64,000 bases of DNA from Candidatus Woesearchaeota archaeon (GTDB lineage Archaea; Nanobdellota; Nanobdellia; SCGC-AAA011-G17; PNOQ01), in NCBI GenBank assembly GCA_964603065.1, contig CAZRTL010000006.1, forward strand, positions 84-64,083, in the 5' to 3' direction. The notes below the pieces were generated by a model, which was not told where the DNA came from, made no database searches, and was given only the letters and a program-made list of their open reading frames with translations. Of the stretch, positions 48,601 to 57,822 are shown piece after piece; position 1 is the first letter of the stretch, and each line of letters starts with the position of its first letter. Both the position numbers and the translations under genes were made by a program.

Positions 48601-51600
48601 TGTCCCTGTTCCGAGAGCTCCTTACTTATTATGGCCTCCTGCTGAAAATAGAAATGCTCAATATGTTGCTTTAGCTAATCAAGTAGATTCTGAATATAAG
48701 AAATTCGCTACAAGAAGTTTGATTCCTGGAAAGACTGTTTCATTCGGAGGAGATTTAGTTTATAGTGTTAGTGAGTCTGCATCTAGATCATTACAACAGC
48801 CGACCACACAGTGCGAATATTATATGAGTGCAAGTGATTGTAAATTATTGTATAACTTTTGTGATCCTGTAATGTGCCCAGCTTCTAGATTTGATTTGGG
48901 TAACAGGTGGAATGTTGATAATGTTGTTCAGACTGGAATAATTGGAAGTTTAGTTTTGGGAATGCCAAATAGTATTGCTCTTGGTGGAAATAATATTGTA
49001 CCGCCAATTTGTTTGACAGGAGTTCATGCAGGTTTAGATAATTTAAGAAGTAAGTTCCAAGGTTTTGAAGATTGTTTACAAAAGGCTAAGGTTGAAGGAG
49101 AGGATGTTGGAATTTGTAATACTATTAGAAGTGTATATATGTGTGAGATTATGTGGAGAGAAGGATTGTCTATTTTTGGAAGTTTAGGCAAATTAGCTGA
49201 TGTTGTTTCTGAAAAAGTATTTGGAATATTTGGTGGAGATGGTTGGGAATATTCAAGATGGCAAGAGTCTTGGGGCGAATTAAGAGATAATGTTAATTTC
49301 TTTACTACAGAATATTCAAGAAGTGCGTTTGTCTCATATCAATCTAGAAGTTTAGGAGAGTTTGGAAGTGAGATTTGTAAAGCTGCTATTTATGGAAAGA
49401 CTCCAGGTGCAGGAGATTTCATTGGAGAATTGTTAGAGCCGGATAGTCCGTATCAATTTACTGGATGGTTCGATGAGTTAGAGTATTCTTCTGTTGAGGA
49501 AGGTAGATCTATCTATAGAGTTTATTATCATATTTATGCTGGAAGAGATGAAGATATTGAGTATGTTGCTTATTTGAAAGGTCCTGGTTTGAATAATTTA
49601 TATGTAACTAATCCTGAAAGGGGATTAAGAAGAGAGTATTTGAGAACTGGAGAGTATGCAGATAGAAGTTATACTATCACTGGAGATACTGGATATAATA
49701 CTATGTGTATTTTTATTAATGGAAACGAGCAGTGTGGATTTGGAAAGGTAAGTAGTTCTTATGCGTCCCAACAATTGCAAGATTGGATGCTAGAAGATGA
49801 ATTGTTAAGAAATGATATAGAAACTGCTGAAGAGTGTATGCCGGATACGCCTCATTTGAATCCTTATTTGCCAGGTGTTGTAACTCCTTCATTACCAGGG
49901 GCAGGAGCAATTAGTGAGCAAGGAGTTATTAGAATTTGTTCTGCGGATGATCCTGATGGGACTGGAACTAGATGGTTACAGGTTGGAACGTGTGGAGAGA
50001 ATGAGTTAGGAATTAGTTTAGGTAATTGTTATATTGATTATGAGAATAGTGCAAATTTCAATGACTTAAAGAAAAAGGATGAAGTTGCTGATGAGTATAT
50101 TAATGAAACAGTAAAGAAAGAAATTGATGAGCATATTGAAGAGTTTAATTTAGAATTAGATAAAGTGGATGTTAAAGTAAACAAAATAATAGAACAAGTG
50201 AAAGATAAAGGAGTTAAGGTAAAAGAAATTGATGAGTTGATGACTTATCCTGCTTTATATTTAGATGCTAAGGATCAGTTAGATGATTCTAGTGTTCATA
50301 TTAGAACTCATAAGAAAGTTGCTGAAATATTCAATGCTTTAGGAAATACTCAGCTAAAGATCGCTGGAGTTGGACCTCTTCCTATTACTGCAACACCTCT
50401 TATTAGAAGTCTGGCAGAGCTTAATCTCCAGTTTAATATTAAAGCGATTGGAATGTTTTCAACGCGTAACGATATAAATTTGAACTGGATGATGTCTACA
50501 TTACCAAGTGGAGTTACTCTTAGCCCAAGTAATAATGAAGAAGAAGGGTTTGTTGGAAGATGGAGTAATAATGTCGGAACTTATAATAATAGAATTGCTA
50601 CGGATGAAAATACGTTTAAAGATTTTGATAAAGGATTGGAAGATATCTATCATGATTTTTTGAACTCTTATGCTGTTGGTACCTCGGATGATGGAGGATA
50701 TTTACATGAGTTAAATGTAAGAAAGAGACATTTTGACAATACTATCGATAGGCATAGTTTGACTCCTATGCAATTGAGTCAAGTTAGGAACTATGAAGAA
50801 TTTAGAGATTTGATTTTGACTGGAGAATTTGAAGGAAGTTATGATTATGACTATACTGTAGGTTTATTAGATAAGGATAAAGAGATTGAAATTATTTTTG
50901 CAATTCCTACATTTGATTGGGACCAGAAGTATAAATGGGATGGCAGTGAGTGGGATGATATGAAAATTGGAGTTTTTGGAGATAGTAATGTCGGATTAGA
51001 TTTTCTTCCAGGATTGGTGGAAATAAAAGATCAATTGAATAAATATCATGGTAGAACTGAAAGAGTAGTTATTTCTGTTTCTGATGGAATCAGCATGATT
51101 GCTTTAACTAAAGAAGAATTCAATGCGTTGGTTTTTACAATTGAAGGTGATCCGGATGCTGTAGGAGATAGTGGGGTTGTTAATTCTGCTTTACAAGATC
51201 AAGTTAGTCCAATGGTTGTTAATCAGGTCGAGAATGCTGAAGTTATGATAGATCTTTTTTTAGAAAGGGCAGGGAATGATGCCGATAATTTGGAAGAATT
51301 GGAAAGGTTGACTGTTTTGGCCGAACAATCAGAATTTGTAGCTAGAGAAAATGCATATGCTGGTTTAATTAGTGATGATGATTCTGATGAGATAGTTGAT
51401 AGTTTAAGAGATATAAGTAATAAAATGGATGAAGCGATTTTAATCGTTGAAGATGTAGCTTTAAAAAATAGAATGGAACAAGTTCAAGAAAACATTATGA
51501 TTTTAGAAAACAATCCTGTTCTTTTTGTTCCTCAAGAAGGAGATTTGCCAGGTACGGAGAGTTGTCTTTTGCCTAGTACTCCTGAAAGAAATCCTTATAC

Positions 51601-52672
51601 AAATACGCAATCAAACATTAATTCATTTTTAGAAATTTATGGAAGTACTTTGGATAACATAGAAGAAGAAAGAAGTCAAGATATTCCCGGAGATGATTGT
51701 TTTGGTTATACTGAAGATGCTGCTGTTGATAGTTTAGTTTCTTCTGGTGTGGCCCAGTTAGATAATATAGTTGAATTAAGTGATTCCGAGGAAGATTCTC
51801 TTTTGTATACAGAAGTTGAGTTATTTCTTGGACAGAATGCTGCCATGTTGCGAATGTTGGGATGTGAAGAGGACGCTGGTTTAGTTGGGGCAGTGATAGA
51901 TTCTGCTGTGACCCGAACTGGAGTTGAGGTTGATTCTTGTAGTGTTTCTGAGGAAACGGTGGAGGAGGCAGATTGTTCTAGTTTTAATGATAATTTAGCA
52001 CAATGTGGAAATGAGAATTTTTGTTTTGTAAAAGAAAATGATAGAGATTGGTGGGATTTTTTTGGAGAAGATTATATTTGTGTTGATTGTTCTGAAATTG
52101 AGTCCTGTGAAGATATTCAAAATGAAGGTAAATGTGATGGAATGTGTGGAAATGTTAATGGTTGTAAGTGGGATTATGGTTTGTGTGTAGAACAAACTAT
52201 CGAAGAGGAAGAATGTTTGCTTACAAAAATTAATCCTTCAAATTTTGTTGGAGATGATCTCGTAGTGGATAAAGGTTTTGTTGAAAAAATTAATAGAATT
52301 AATGATTATGCTACTAACAATAATGTTAAGGTATTTATTACTGATTCATTTAGAGCTACAAACGATGTTAGTGGTGCAATCGTGACTCCTTCTGAAAGAT
52401 CCAATCATTTAGTGGGCCATGCAATAGATATGAATTTGATGTATGGGGCAAATTATGGAGATTATTGTAACTCTGGGTGTTTATCCCAAGATACACTTCC
52501 ACAAGATATTCAAGTGTTTATAGAAGATATTAGAAGTGATAGTGGTTTAAGATGGGGGGGAGACTTTAGTACCCCCGATGTTGTTCATATAGATGATGGT
52601 TTAAATTTAAGGAGCCCCGACCAATGGGAAGCACTGCTTAGAAAAATACAAGAGAATCCAGATTGTTATTAA
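45653..52672 (+). CDS. Giant (2339 aa) secreted/surface protein with C-terminal M15 peptidase-like domain
   Basis: Signal peptide; Cys-rich blocks; C-terminal ITDSFR, SNHLVGHAID, LRWGGDF..PDVVHID. Confidence 0.85.
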   Translation: MKEKVLMAVFCIFLIVFSSVQVSAYSLNEEDDRDLGEVVLINVDKYEPATVSADYLRNKKFPVYVHLTGTTLESFLWGGSNPEELDTLFGGLKIDRIHIVRDSISRYVAGITERPPKEDGYFVDANGEVDLGYLKIDLRRIPKEEDLPDRIDLNFTARVYFDTESSFSVFGKQDLFLELGSGINNLEIAGDEDSNKKSRVKVWDGRAELEFLQLRGDRATFQLYDGSGRKLGGPFTLRTGQIQTLRLNDGPAFLDNQVRFKLKGIYGAGERAVINMYRHGSSNDVELVEDMNLYAGSDWVLEEIGRDKVQLRNLKTRQTMILNVGQGDFDTDICERIDPIQIDSDELFLRGVGFLEGDHFEDDTLLGRSSSFYCSAIDQYERALTYAIGEEASEIKYSIGTLYEKVGDMYNALEMYDTILPETDFYRTKNVQKKIDDLNFLIANEITNSKILEDDVRVYLKEVIDVEEEESYFMFRTITNGIKGQEFTRTIGMESQDLIVESVDGGKTYEWYARDIDADEITVIKVDEDGRTIGSPRKLDIGEHILDNTVVEITDITTPYSVIMTAIPGDGRSYGVSNFQVHIPIEKSMIQWTPEQIDNMIDKSHKAVEDIEKIMDKLGNFIKGMKVACFGIYGVLAIKNAFFRDNNVRKEVVDEKSRWCNDGIRTGELDYKKLDECLEAESSKIEQEITERKGLKNTNDNFFKNNKLMKQDASGINVADPSSASALANKLKTDSGINIKGEDIENLLNYDSYTGFTTAEAQRLSYLASHDPEAFEVEWRDYQESSLKAKTLHTSLGGVTDPVQIQTLATPIFTPGKTTTDFSSGPSGIETQVKAIDPSAQIFEARSIQSDGGEFYVSSKTGTEAVKVEIHRDANLNPVEFGDYYLYKGSGNRYFLHKGDVTQLYRQNYNSNSHKVLQINDDGKLWMFPFSSSLGKRDDPLYDKVDYANYVVVDYDDSGKIKSYNLMNVGADGEINYPGTGDDVPVPRAPYLLWPPAENRNAQYVALANQVDSEYKKFATRSLIPGKTVSFGGDLVYSVSESASRSLQQPTTQCEYYMSASDCKLLYNFCDPVMCPASRFDLGNRWNVDNVVQTGIIGSLVLGMPNSIALGGNNIVPPICLTGVHAGLDNLRSKFQGFEDCLQKAKVEGEDVGICNTIRSVYMCEIMWREGLSIFGSLGKLADVVSEKVFGIFGGDGWEYSRWQESWGELRDNVNFFTTEYSRSAFVSYQSRSLGEFGSEICKAAIYGKTPGAGDFIGELLEPDSPYQFTGWFDELEYSSVEEGRSIYRVYYHIYAGRDEDIEYVAYLKGPGLNNLYVTNPERGLRREYLRTGEYADRSYTITGDTGYNTMCIFINGNEQCGFGKVSSSYASQQLQDWMLEDELLRNDIETAEECMPDTPHLNPYLPGVVTPSLPGAGAISEQGVIRICSADDPDGTGTRWLQVGTCGENELGISLGNCYIDYENSANFNDLKKKDEVADEYINETVKKEIDEHIEEFNLELDKVDVKVNKIIEQVKDKGVKVKEIDELMTYPALYLDAKDQLDDSSVHIRTHKKVAEIFNALGNTQLKIAGVGPLPITATPLIRSLAELNLQFNIKAIGMFSTRNDINLNWMMSTLPSGVTLSPSNNEEEGFVGRWSNNVGTYNNRIATDENTFKDFDKGLEDIYHDFLNSYAVGTSDDGGYLHELNVRKRHFDNTIDRHSLTPMQLSQVRNYEEFRDLILTGEFEGSYDYDYTVGLLDKDKEIEIIFAIPTFDWDQKYKWDGSEWDDMKIGVFGDSNVGLDFLPGLVEIKDQLNKYHGRTERVVISVSDGISMIALTKEEFNALVFTIEGDPDAVGDSGVVNSALQDQVSPMVVNQVENAEVMIDLFLERAGNDADNLEELERLTVLAEQSEFVARENAYAGLISDDDSDEIVDSLRDISNKMDEAILIVEDVALKNRMEQVQENIMILENNPVLFVPQEGDLPGTESCLLPSTPERNPYTNTQSNINSFLEIYGSTLDNIEEERSQDIPGDDCFGYTEDAAVDSLVSSGVAQLDNIVELSDSEEDSLLYTEVELFLGQNAAMLRMLGCEEDAGLVGAVIDSAVTRTGVEVDSCSVSEETVEEADCSSFNDNLAQCGNENFCFVKENDRDWWDFFGEDYICVDCSEIESCEDIQNEGKCDGMCGNVNGCKWDYGLCVEQTIEEEECLLTKINPSNFVGDDLVVDKGFVEKINRINDYATNNNVKVFITDSFRATNDVSGAIVTPSERSNHLVGHAIDMNLMYGANYGDYCNSGCLSQDTLPQDIQVFIEDIRSDSGLRWGGDFSTPDVVHIDDGLNLRSPDQWEALLRKIQENPDCY

Positions 52673-53379
52673 TTCTTAAGAAAATAAAATGCAGGGAACA
52701 GGACTCGAACCTGCGTAGGCACTAAGCCATCAGGTTTCTTATATGGAAATATCCTAAGCCTGACCCGTTTGACCACTCCGGCATCCCTGCATATTTTTTC
52801 TAACTTTTTAATATTTTTTAAAGGTATCGTTTTGAGAAAATTATTTACTGATGATTTTTTTATTCGAATACCATAATATTCTTTTTGATATTTTTTATTT
52901 ATCCAAGAATCTATTGTATTTTCTATTTTTATTGAATTCAAATATTGATTTATTTCAGTAATGATTTGCTTACTTGCACTACAATATCCTATACTATTTC
53001 TCCTAATTCCTCCATCTGTGTCAAACAACCCTCCTAAGAAATATTTTGTTTGTTCTTTGGTTAAATTTTTTGGAATAATTATTTTGTCTGATTTTTTGCC
53101 TAATGGAATTTTAAATTCTTTATTGAAGAAAGTATATAATTTTTTGTTTCTTATTGAAATATAATAGGCTCTCTTTCCTTGTTTAATTGATGTTTTTGTA
53201 TTTACTTTTTCTTTTATTAATTTGAGAATTAATTCTAAATATTTTTTATTATTTGAATGAATAAATATTCCATAATCAGGAGAATTATCTTTATCTTTCC
53301 ATTTAACGCCCCCTTTTAGATGACCATCTCCAGCTATTACGCCTGCCAAATATATTAAATCATTATCAAGTTTGAACAT
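52669..53379 (-). CDS. Free-standing LAGLIDADG endonuclease-like protein
   Basis: YLAGVIAGDG and FLGGLFDTDG; the ORF reads through the whole tRNA-Leu gene. Confidence 0.88.
   Translation of the reverse strand: MFKLDNDLIYLAGVIAGDGHLKGGVKWKDKDNSPDYGIFIHSNNKKYLELILKLIKEKVNTKTSIKQGKRAYYISIRNKKLYTFFNKEFKIPLGKKSDKIIIPKNLTKEQTKYFLGGLFDTDGGIRRNSIGYCSASKQIITEINQYLNSIKIENTIDSWINKKYQKEYYGIRIKKSSVNNFLKTIPLKNIKKLEKICRDAGVVKRVRLRIFPYKKPDGLVPTQVRVLFPAFYFLKN
52690..52790 (-). tRNA. tRNA-Leu (TAG) with 17-nt intron at 37/38 (52736..52752)
   Basis: GCAGGGA/TCCCTGC acceptor; TCAGG-CTTAGG[ATATTTCCATATAAGAA]A-CCTGA; BHB with CTTA/TAAG central helix. Confidence 0.95.
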
Positions 53380-53422
53380 ATACTAAATTTTGAAGAAATT
53401 AGGTTTATAAATTATATTTATA

Positions 53423-53436
53423 TACTTGACAACATA
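53423..53436 (-). promoter_or_regulatory. 14-bp motif TATGTTGTCAAGTA upstream of LAGLIDADG gene (copy 1)
   Basis: Identical to 59048..59061, at the same spacing to a TTTATAAA box. Confidence 0.7.
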
Positions 53437-53438
53437 CT

Positions 53439-53609
53439 TTATTTCTTTTTGTTTTGCCATGAAAAACTTCTTAATTTTGATGTTTCTCCGTATCCACAAC
53501 TAGCACATTTATGTTTTATTTTATGGTAGGAAAGTTTACCACAACGTCTACATCGCATTGTAGTTCTCTTTCCAGACTTCTTACCCATAGAGGGTGTTCC
53601 TTTAACCAT
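53439..53609 (-). CDS. rpl37e: 50S ribosomal protein L37e (not in ORF track)
   Basis: Manual translation [56 protein letters not shown]; follows the Sm gene. Confidence 0.96.
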   Translation of the reverse strand: MVKGTPSMGKKSGKRTTMRCRRCGKLSYHKIKHKCASCGYGETSKLRSFSWQNKKK

Positions 53610-53832
53610 TTTCAGGCGATATTAATATAATTGTATCTCCTCTTATGAACACATTTCCAAGTTTTCTTGTTACTTGCCCGTCTACTCTTTCTTCAGCTTC
53701 TTCTAATACTGTGTTTATATGTATGTCAAAAGCTTTTAATTTTCCTAGTAATTGTCTTCCGTTTTTTAGTTCAACTAATACTCTCAAACCTCTTGCTCTG
53801 TTTAATGCATCTAATGGTCTATCTGCTTCCAT
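53602..53832 (-). CDS. Sm/Lsm family RNA-binding protein
   Basis: [26 protein letters not shown]. Confidence 0.95.
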   Translation of the reverse strand: MEADRPLDALNRARGLRVLVELKNGRQLLGKLKAFDIHINTVLEEAEERVDGQVTRKLGNVFIRGDTIILISPENG

Positions 53833-53943
53833 ATTTTTAAACCCCCGTTAGGTATTGTTTATTATTGCCTATGGCTTATTTAAAAAGTTATCGGAAATTC
53901 AAAAACAAAAAGTATTTAAAGGGAATATTTTCACTAAATTGAT

Positions 53944-54321
53944 ATGGCAAGATCACAAGATAGACCAAGGAGAAAAGTTTCTGGATCTAGATATGTAGAT
54001 TTGAGAAAAAAGAAATTTGCACAATTAGGTAGAGATCCTACTCTAACTAAAGTTGGAGAAAAGAAAGTTAAAACTTTAAGAGTTAAAGGTGGTCATGATA
54101 AGAAGATATTATATTCCGATAAGATGTTAAATGTTTTTGATCCTAAAACTAAGAAGTATAAAAAAGTTGAAATAAAAACTGTTGTTGAGAATCCAGCAAA
54201 TAGACATTATGTGAGAAGAAACATTTTGACTAAAGGTACTATTGTGGACACAGAATTGGGAAAAGCAAAGATTATTTCTAGGCCCGGACAAGAGGCTGTT
54301 TTGAATGCTGTTTTAGTTTAA
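53944..54321 (+). CDS. rps8e: 30S ribosomal protein S8e
   Basis: ENPANRHYVRRNILTKG, SRPGQ. Confidence 0.97.
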   Translation: MARSQDRPRRKVSGSRYVDLRKKKFAQLGRDPTLTKVGEKKVKTLRVKGGHDKKILYSDKMLNVFDPKTKKYKKVEIKTVVENPANRHYVRRNILTKGTIVDTELGKAKIISRPGQEAVLNAVLV

Positions 54322-54407
54322 AATTTTTATTAACCGAAAGCTTTATAAATGGTTTTGGAGACTTCTATATAAACCTTATTACACCTACCGATGGTGGTGA
54401 AAATAAA

Positions 54408-55337
54408 ATGGCTAATTATGTTAAAAAATGTCCTGAATGTGGCAGTATAAATTTAATTTTTAAAGATGAAAGAGGAGAAATTATTTGTAAAGATTGTGGC
54501 CTTGTTATAGAGGAGAAAATGATCGATTTTGGTCATGAATGGAGAGAATTTGACTCTGATCAGGCCGCTAAAAGAAGAAGAACTGGTGCTCCTTTGACAT
54601 CTACTAAGTTTGACCAAGGTTTAGGTACTTCTATTGGGAGTGGTTCGGATATATTCAAATTAAGTGGAAAATCAAAACAAAGATTTTCTAGATTACAGAA
54701 ATGGCAACATAGAATTAGTACAGCTATCGAGAGAAACTTAAAATTGGCCTTGGCTGAACTAAAGAGAGTTTCTTCATATTTAAAATTACCAAATTCAGTT
54801 GTAGAGGATGCTTCTACTATTTATAGAAATGCAGTTCAGAGAGGATTAGTTAGAGGAAGATCAATGGAGTCGGTCGTGGCCGGGGCATTATATGCTGCTT
54901 GTAGAAGGCACGAAATTCCTAGAACTTTAGATGAGTTGGCTGATGCATCAGGAATTGATAAAAAAGATATTGGTAGAACTTATAGATTTATTACAAGAGA
55001 ATTGGGGATTAGAATACTTCCAAGCAATCCTATCGATTATATTCCAAGATTTTCAAGTGCTTTGAAATTATCGGCAGAAACTCAGAGTAAGGCTGTTGAA
55101 ATATTAGAAATGGCTCAGGCTGCTGAATTGACTTCCGGAAGGGGGCCAACAGGAATTGCAGCTGCTTCGTTATATGTTGCTGCCTTAATGAATAATGAAA
55201 AAAGAACTCAGAGGGAAGTTGCAGATGTTGCAGGAGTTACGGAAGTTACCATTAGAAATAGATACAAGGAATTATTGAAAGAGTTAGGTTTAGAAGAAGA
55301 AGTTAAGAAAAAGATTAAGTTAGAAGAAGTAGAGTAA
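54408..55337 (+). CDS. tfb: Transcription initiation factor IIB
   Basis: CPECGS zinc ribbon, EWREF, GRS.ESVVA, GVTEVTIRNRYKE. Confidence 0.98.
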   Translation: MANYVKKCPECGSINLIFKDERGEIICKDCGLVIEEKMIDFGHEWREFDSDQAAKRRRTGAPLTSTKFDQGLGTSIGSGSDIFKLSGKSKQRFSRLQKWQHRISTAIERNLKLALAELKRVSSYLKLPNSVVEDASTIYRNAVQRGLVRGRSMESVVAGALYAACRRHEIPRTLDELADASGIDKKDIGRTYRFITRELGIRILPSNPIDYIPRFSSALKLSAETQSKAVEILEMAQAAELTSGRGPTGIAAASLYVAALMNNEKRTQREVADVAGVTEVTIRNRYKELLKELGLEEEVKKKIKLEEVE

Positions 55338-55378
55338 AGTTTTTATAGTAATAAAACAAAATCAATAGAGGTGATATA

Positions 55379-55678
55379 ATGGTCGATTCTAATATGGATA
55401 AGTTGGTTGAGAGTAGCTTAGAGCTGCAAAAAATATCTCTTCGGTTAGTTGAATCTAATAATAATTTAACAAAAAAAATAGATAGTCTTGTTTCTCTGTT
55501 TGAAGAAGCTGCTAGAAATATGTCTACAGGCGGTTCTGAGCAAATTCATGCTTTAAATAGAAAGATAAATGAATTGGTTACCCAGAATAAACAGTTGGCT
55601 AGAGGATTAGTTTTGATGGAAGAGAAAATTAGAAAAAACCCGCCAAGTATTAGTGCAAGACCCATTCCTAAATTATAA
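55379..55678 (+). CDS. Hypothetical coiled-coil protein
   Basis: GAGGTGA SD; heptad-rich sequence. Confidence 0.7.
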   Translation: MVDSNMDKLVESSLELQKISLRLVESNNNLTKKIDSLVSLFEEAARNMSTGGSEQIHALNRKINELVTQNKQLARGLVLMEEKIRKNPPSISARPIPKL

Positions 55679-56397
55679 TGAAAACAAAGAAAACTTATTT
55701 TATGCATGAAGATTATGTGGAGGATATTAGGCCTGTTAGTCATGTTAGTATAGATGAAAAGAAAATTAGTTTTTTAAAAAGTTTTATTAATGAAATTGGA
55801 ATTATTTCTTCAAAAGAAAGCCCCTCTGTAAAAGTTCCTATTCAATCTGTTTTAAGAGAAAAAATTAAAAATGGTTTTGATTTTTCTGATGTTGTTCCGA
55901 AACAGGAATCTAGTTTTTATGAGTCAAAAGCTCTTCCGGAATTACCTAATAAAACTTTGCCTACTTTGGAGAATAAAAGGCCTAGAAGAACTGTTGATTT
56001 AGTTCCACAAAAAGAAATTGAGGAGAAGATTGAGAAAAAACCTTCTGGTAGAGTGTATTCTAAAGAAGGAGTTTTATATTATAAACCCGGAAAAACTTCT
56101 TTTAAAAAGTATGGGATTATAGATCCTCTGATTGCTGATAAGGAGGTTACTAGAATTAGATGTGTTGATTTAATTATTAGAGTTGATTATAGGGAACATA
56201 AAAATTTGCATACTGGTTTGAGTTTTAAAAAAGCAAATGATATTAATAAACTGTTGAAGAAAATTGCTAAAGAAGCTGGATATGATGTTAGTGAAGAAGA
56301 ATCCCTTTTAGATTTTGATATGCCTGAGGGGTTTAGTTTACATGGAAATTATGGTACTGATTTTATTGATCCAAATTTTGTTCTAGAGAGGATTTAG
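55678..56397 (+). CDS. Hypothetical protein; C-terminus resembles the N-terminal region of secretion ATPases
   Basis: YGIIDPLIADKEVTRIRC...LLKKIAK; no Walker A motif. Confidence 0.6.
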   Translation: MKTKKTYFMHEDYVEDIRPVSHVSIDEKKISFLKSFINEIGIISSKESPSVKVPIQSVLREKIKNGFDFSDVVPKQESSFYESKALPELPNKTLPTLENKRPRRTVDLVPQKEIEEKIEKKPSGRVYSKEGVLYYKPGKTSFKKYGIIDPLIADKEVTRIRCVDLIIRVDYREHKNLHTGLSFKKANDINKLLKKIAKEAGYDVSEEESLLDFDMPEGFSLHGNYGTDFIDPNFVLERI

Positions 56398-56446
56398 TGA
56401 TTTTTAGGAAAAGATTTTTAAAGAGTAATACTATATTTCAATTAAA

Positions 56447-56824
56447 ATGGTAGAGCAGCTATTAAATTTAATTGAAAGAGGAGAGCATTTAAATATTTTA
56501 AGGAGCCAAGGTAGAAAGGCAATACTTAGAGAAGAAATTGCTAAGAGGGTGGCTAGATTGAAAAACCAAAGTAGTATTTTGGAAGGCCGTTTGGAGTTAG
56601 TTTCTGCAGATATGAATCCTATTAATAGTTTCAGAGAGAGAATGTATACTGTAACATTTAAATCTGAAGGGAATAAAGAACATATATTCAATATTCCTTT
56701 GGTAGATTGGGAAGATTCCTATAGGAGTAAATTACTTAACGGTGCTGCCGATGTGAAAATTGTTTACAGGGGACAAGAAGGAAAACATTATTGGCCTCTG
56801 ATAGAAAGAATTGATTTTCTTTAA
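56447..56824 (+). CDS. Hypothetical protein
   Basis: 125-aa ORF convergent with kae1. Confidence 0.55.
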   Translation: MVEQLLNLIERGEHLNILRSQGRKAILREEIAKRVARLKNQSSILEGRLELVSADMNPINSFRERMYTVTFKSEGNKEHIFNIPLVDWEDSYRSKLLNGAADVKIVYRGQEGKHYWPLIERIDFL

Positions 56825-57822
56825 TTCCAATCTACTTCCACTTGGTCAGTTCTTTGATAGGGATATATTTGAGGATTAGTTTTTTTAAGTTTATTTCTTC
56901 CTTTATACATCAAATATCCAGTTAAAGCAATCATTGCTGCATTGTCTACTAAGTATGGTATTTCTGGAATGAAGCATTTGGCTCCTCTTTCTTTTGCCAT
57001 TATTTTTGACATTTCTTGAAGTCTAGAATTACATGCAACTCCTCCGCCTAGTGCGAGCTCTTTTTTATTACAGTGTGCCATTGCCCTTTCCGATACTTCT
57101 AATAGCATAGCAAAAGTGGTTTCCTGTAAAGAATAAGCTAACTCTTCTGTCTTGTATTTTTTTGAATCGTACAAATGTTTTAGTTTTGTTAACATTCCAG
57201 TAAATGAAATATCCATTCCTTTAACGGAGTAAGGCAATTCTATATAATTGTGAGATTTTTCAGCTAGTTTTGAGATTTTTGGTCCACCGGGAAAACCAAG
57301 CCCCATATATCTTGCAAATGAATCCAGAAAATTTCCAACTCCTTGATCCAGAGTTTCTCCAAATATTCTATACTTTCCTTCATCAAAAGCTATAATTTGA
57401 GTATTTGCTCCTGAAGTGTATAGAAGAACTGGATCTTTCGCCTTTGTTACTATTTTGGTAATTTCTAAGTGTGCTATACAATGATTTACTTCTATAAAAG
57501 GAAGTTTAAGTTCTTCAACTAATTCTTTTCCAACTCTTAGGCAAGGTCCTAATCCAGGTCCTGCAGAATATGCTATAAAATCGATATCCTCTAGTTTTAT
57601 TTTTGCTGTTTCTAATGCTTCTTTTAGTAATTTATCTTTATGTTTTTCGTGATGTTTGGCGGCCTTTATTGGAATGATTCCGCCTTTTTCTGTTGTGAAA
57701 GTTCTTTTTAGATTGCACAATACTTTAGGGCCTTTTGTTATTGCGATTCCGAAAGTATCTCAGCAGAATTAATCTAGAGCTGTACTTTCGATACCAAGGA
57801 TTATTGGATTTTCTTTTTCCAT
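56821..57822 (-). CDS. kae1: KEOPS t6A synthase Kae1; complement(join(56821..57758,57777..57822)), 327 aa after splicing
   Basis: GPGLGPCL, VNHCIAHLE, SGANTQ, GETLD, GGVACN, DNAAMIA. The N-terminal ILGIESTAHTFG is restored only by removing 57759..57776. Confidence 0.93.
57759..57776 (-). other. Predicted 18-nt bulge-helix-bulge intron in kae1 mRNA
   Basis: GAAAGUA-CAGC-UC^U-AGA-UUAAU-UCU-GCUG-AG^A-UACUUUC; carries in-frame TAA and TGA. Confidence 0.88.

Noticed and set aside
53423..53436. TTGACA read as a bacterial sigma70 -35 box
   Set aside because: Archaeal genome with TATA promoters; the hexamer points away from the LAGLIDADG genes.
57759..57776. kae1 as a pseudogene or stop-codon readthrough case
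   Set aside because: The rest of the gene is intact; readthrough would leave a 6-residue insert and no His, while BHB splicing restores the motif exactly.
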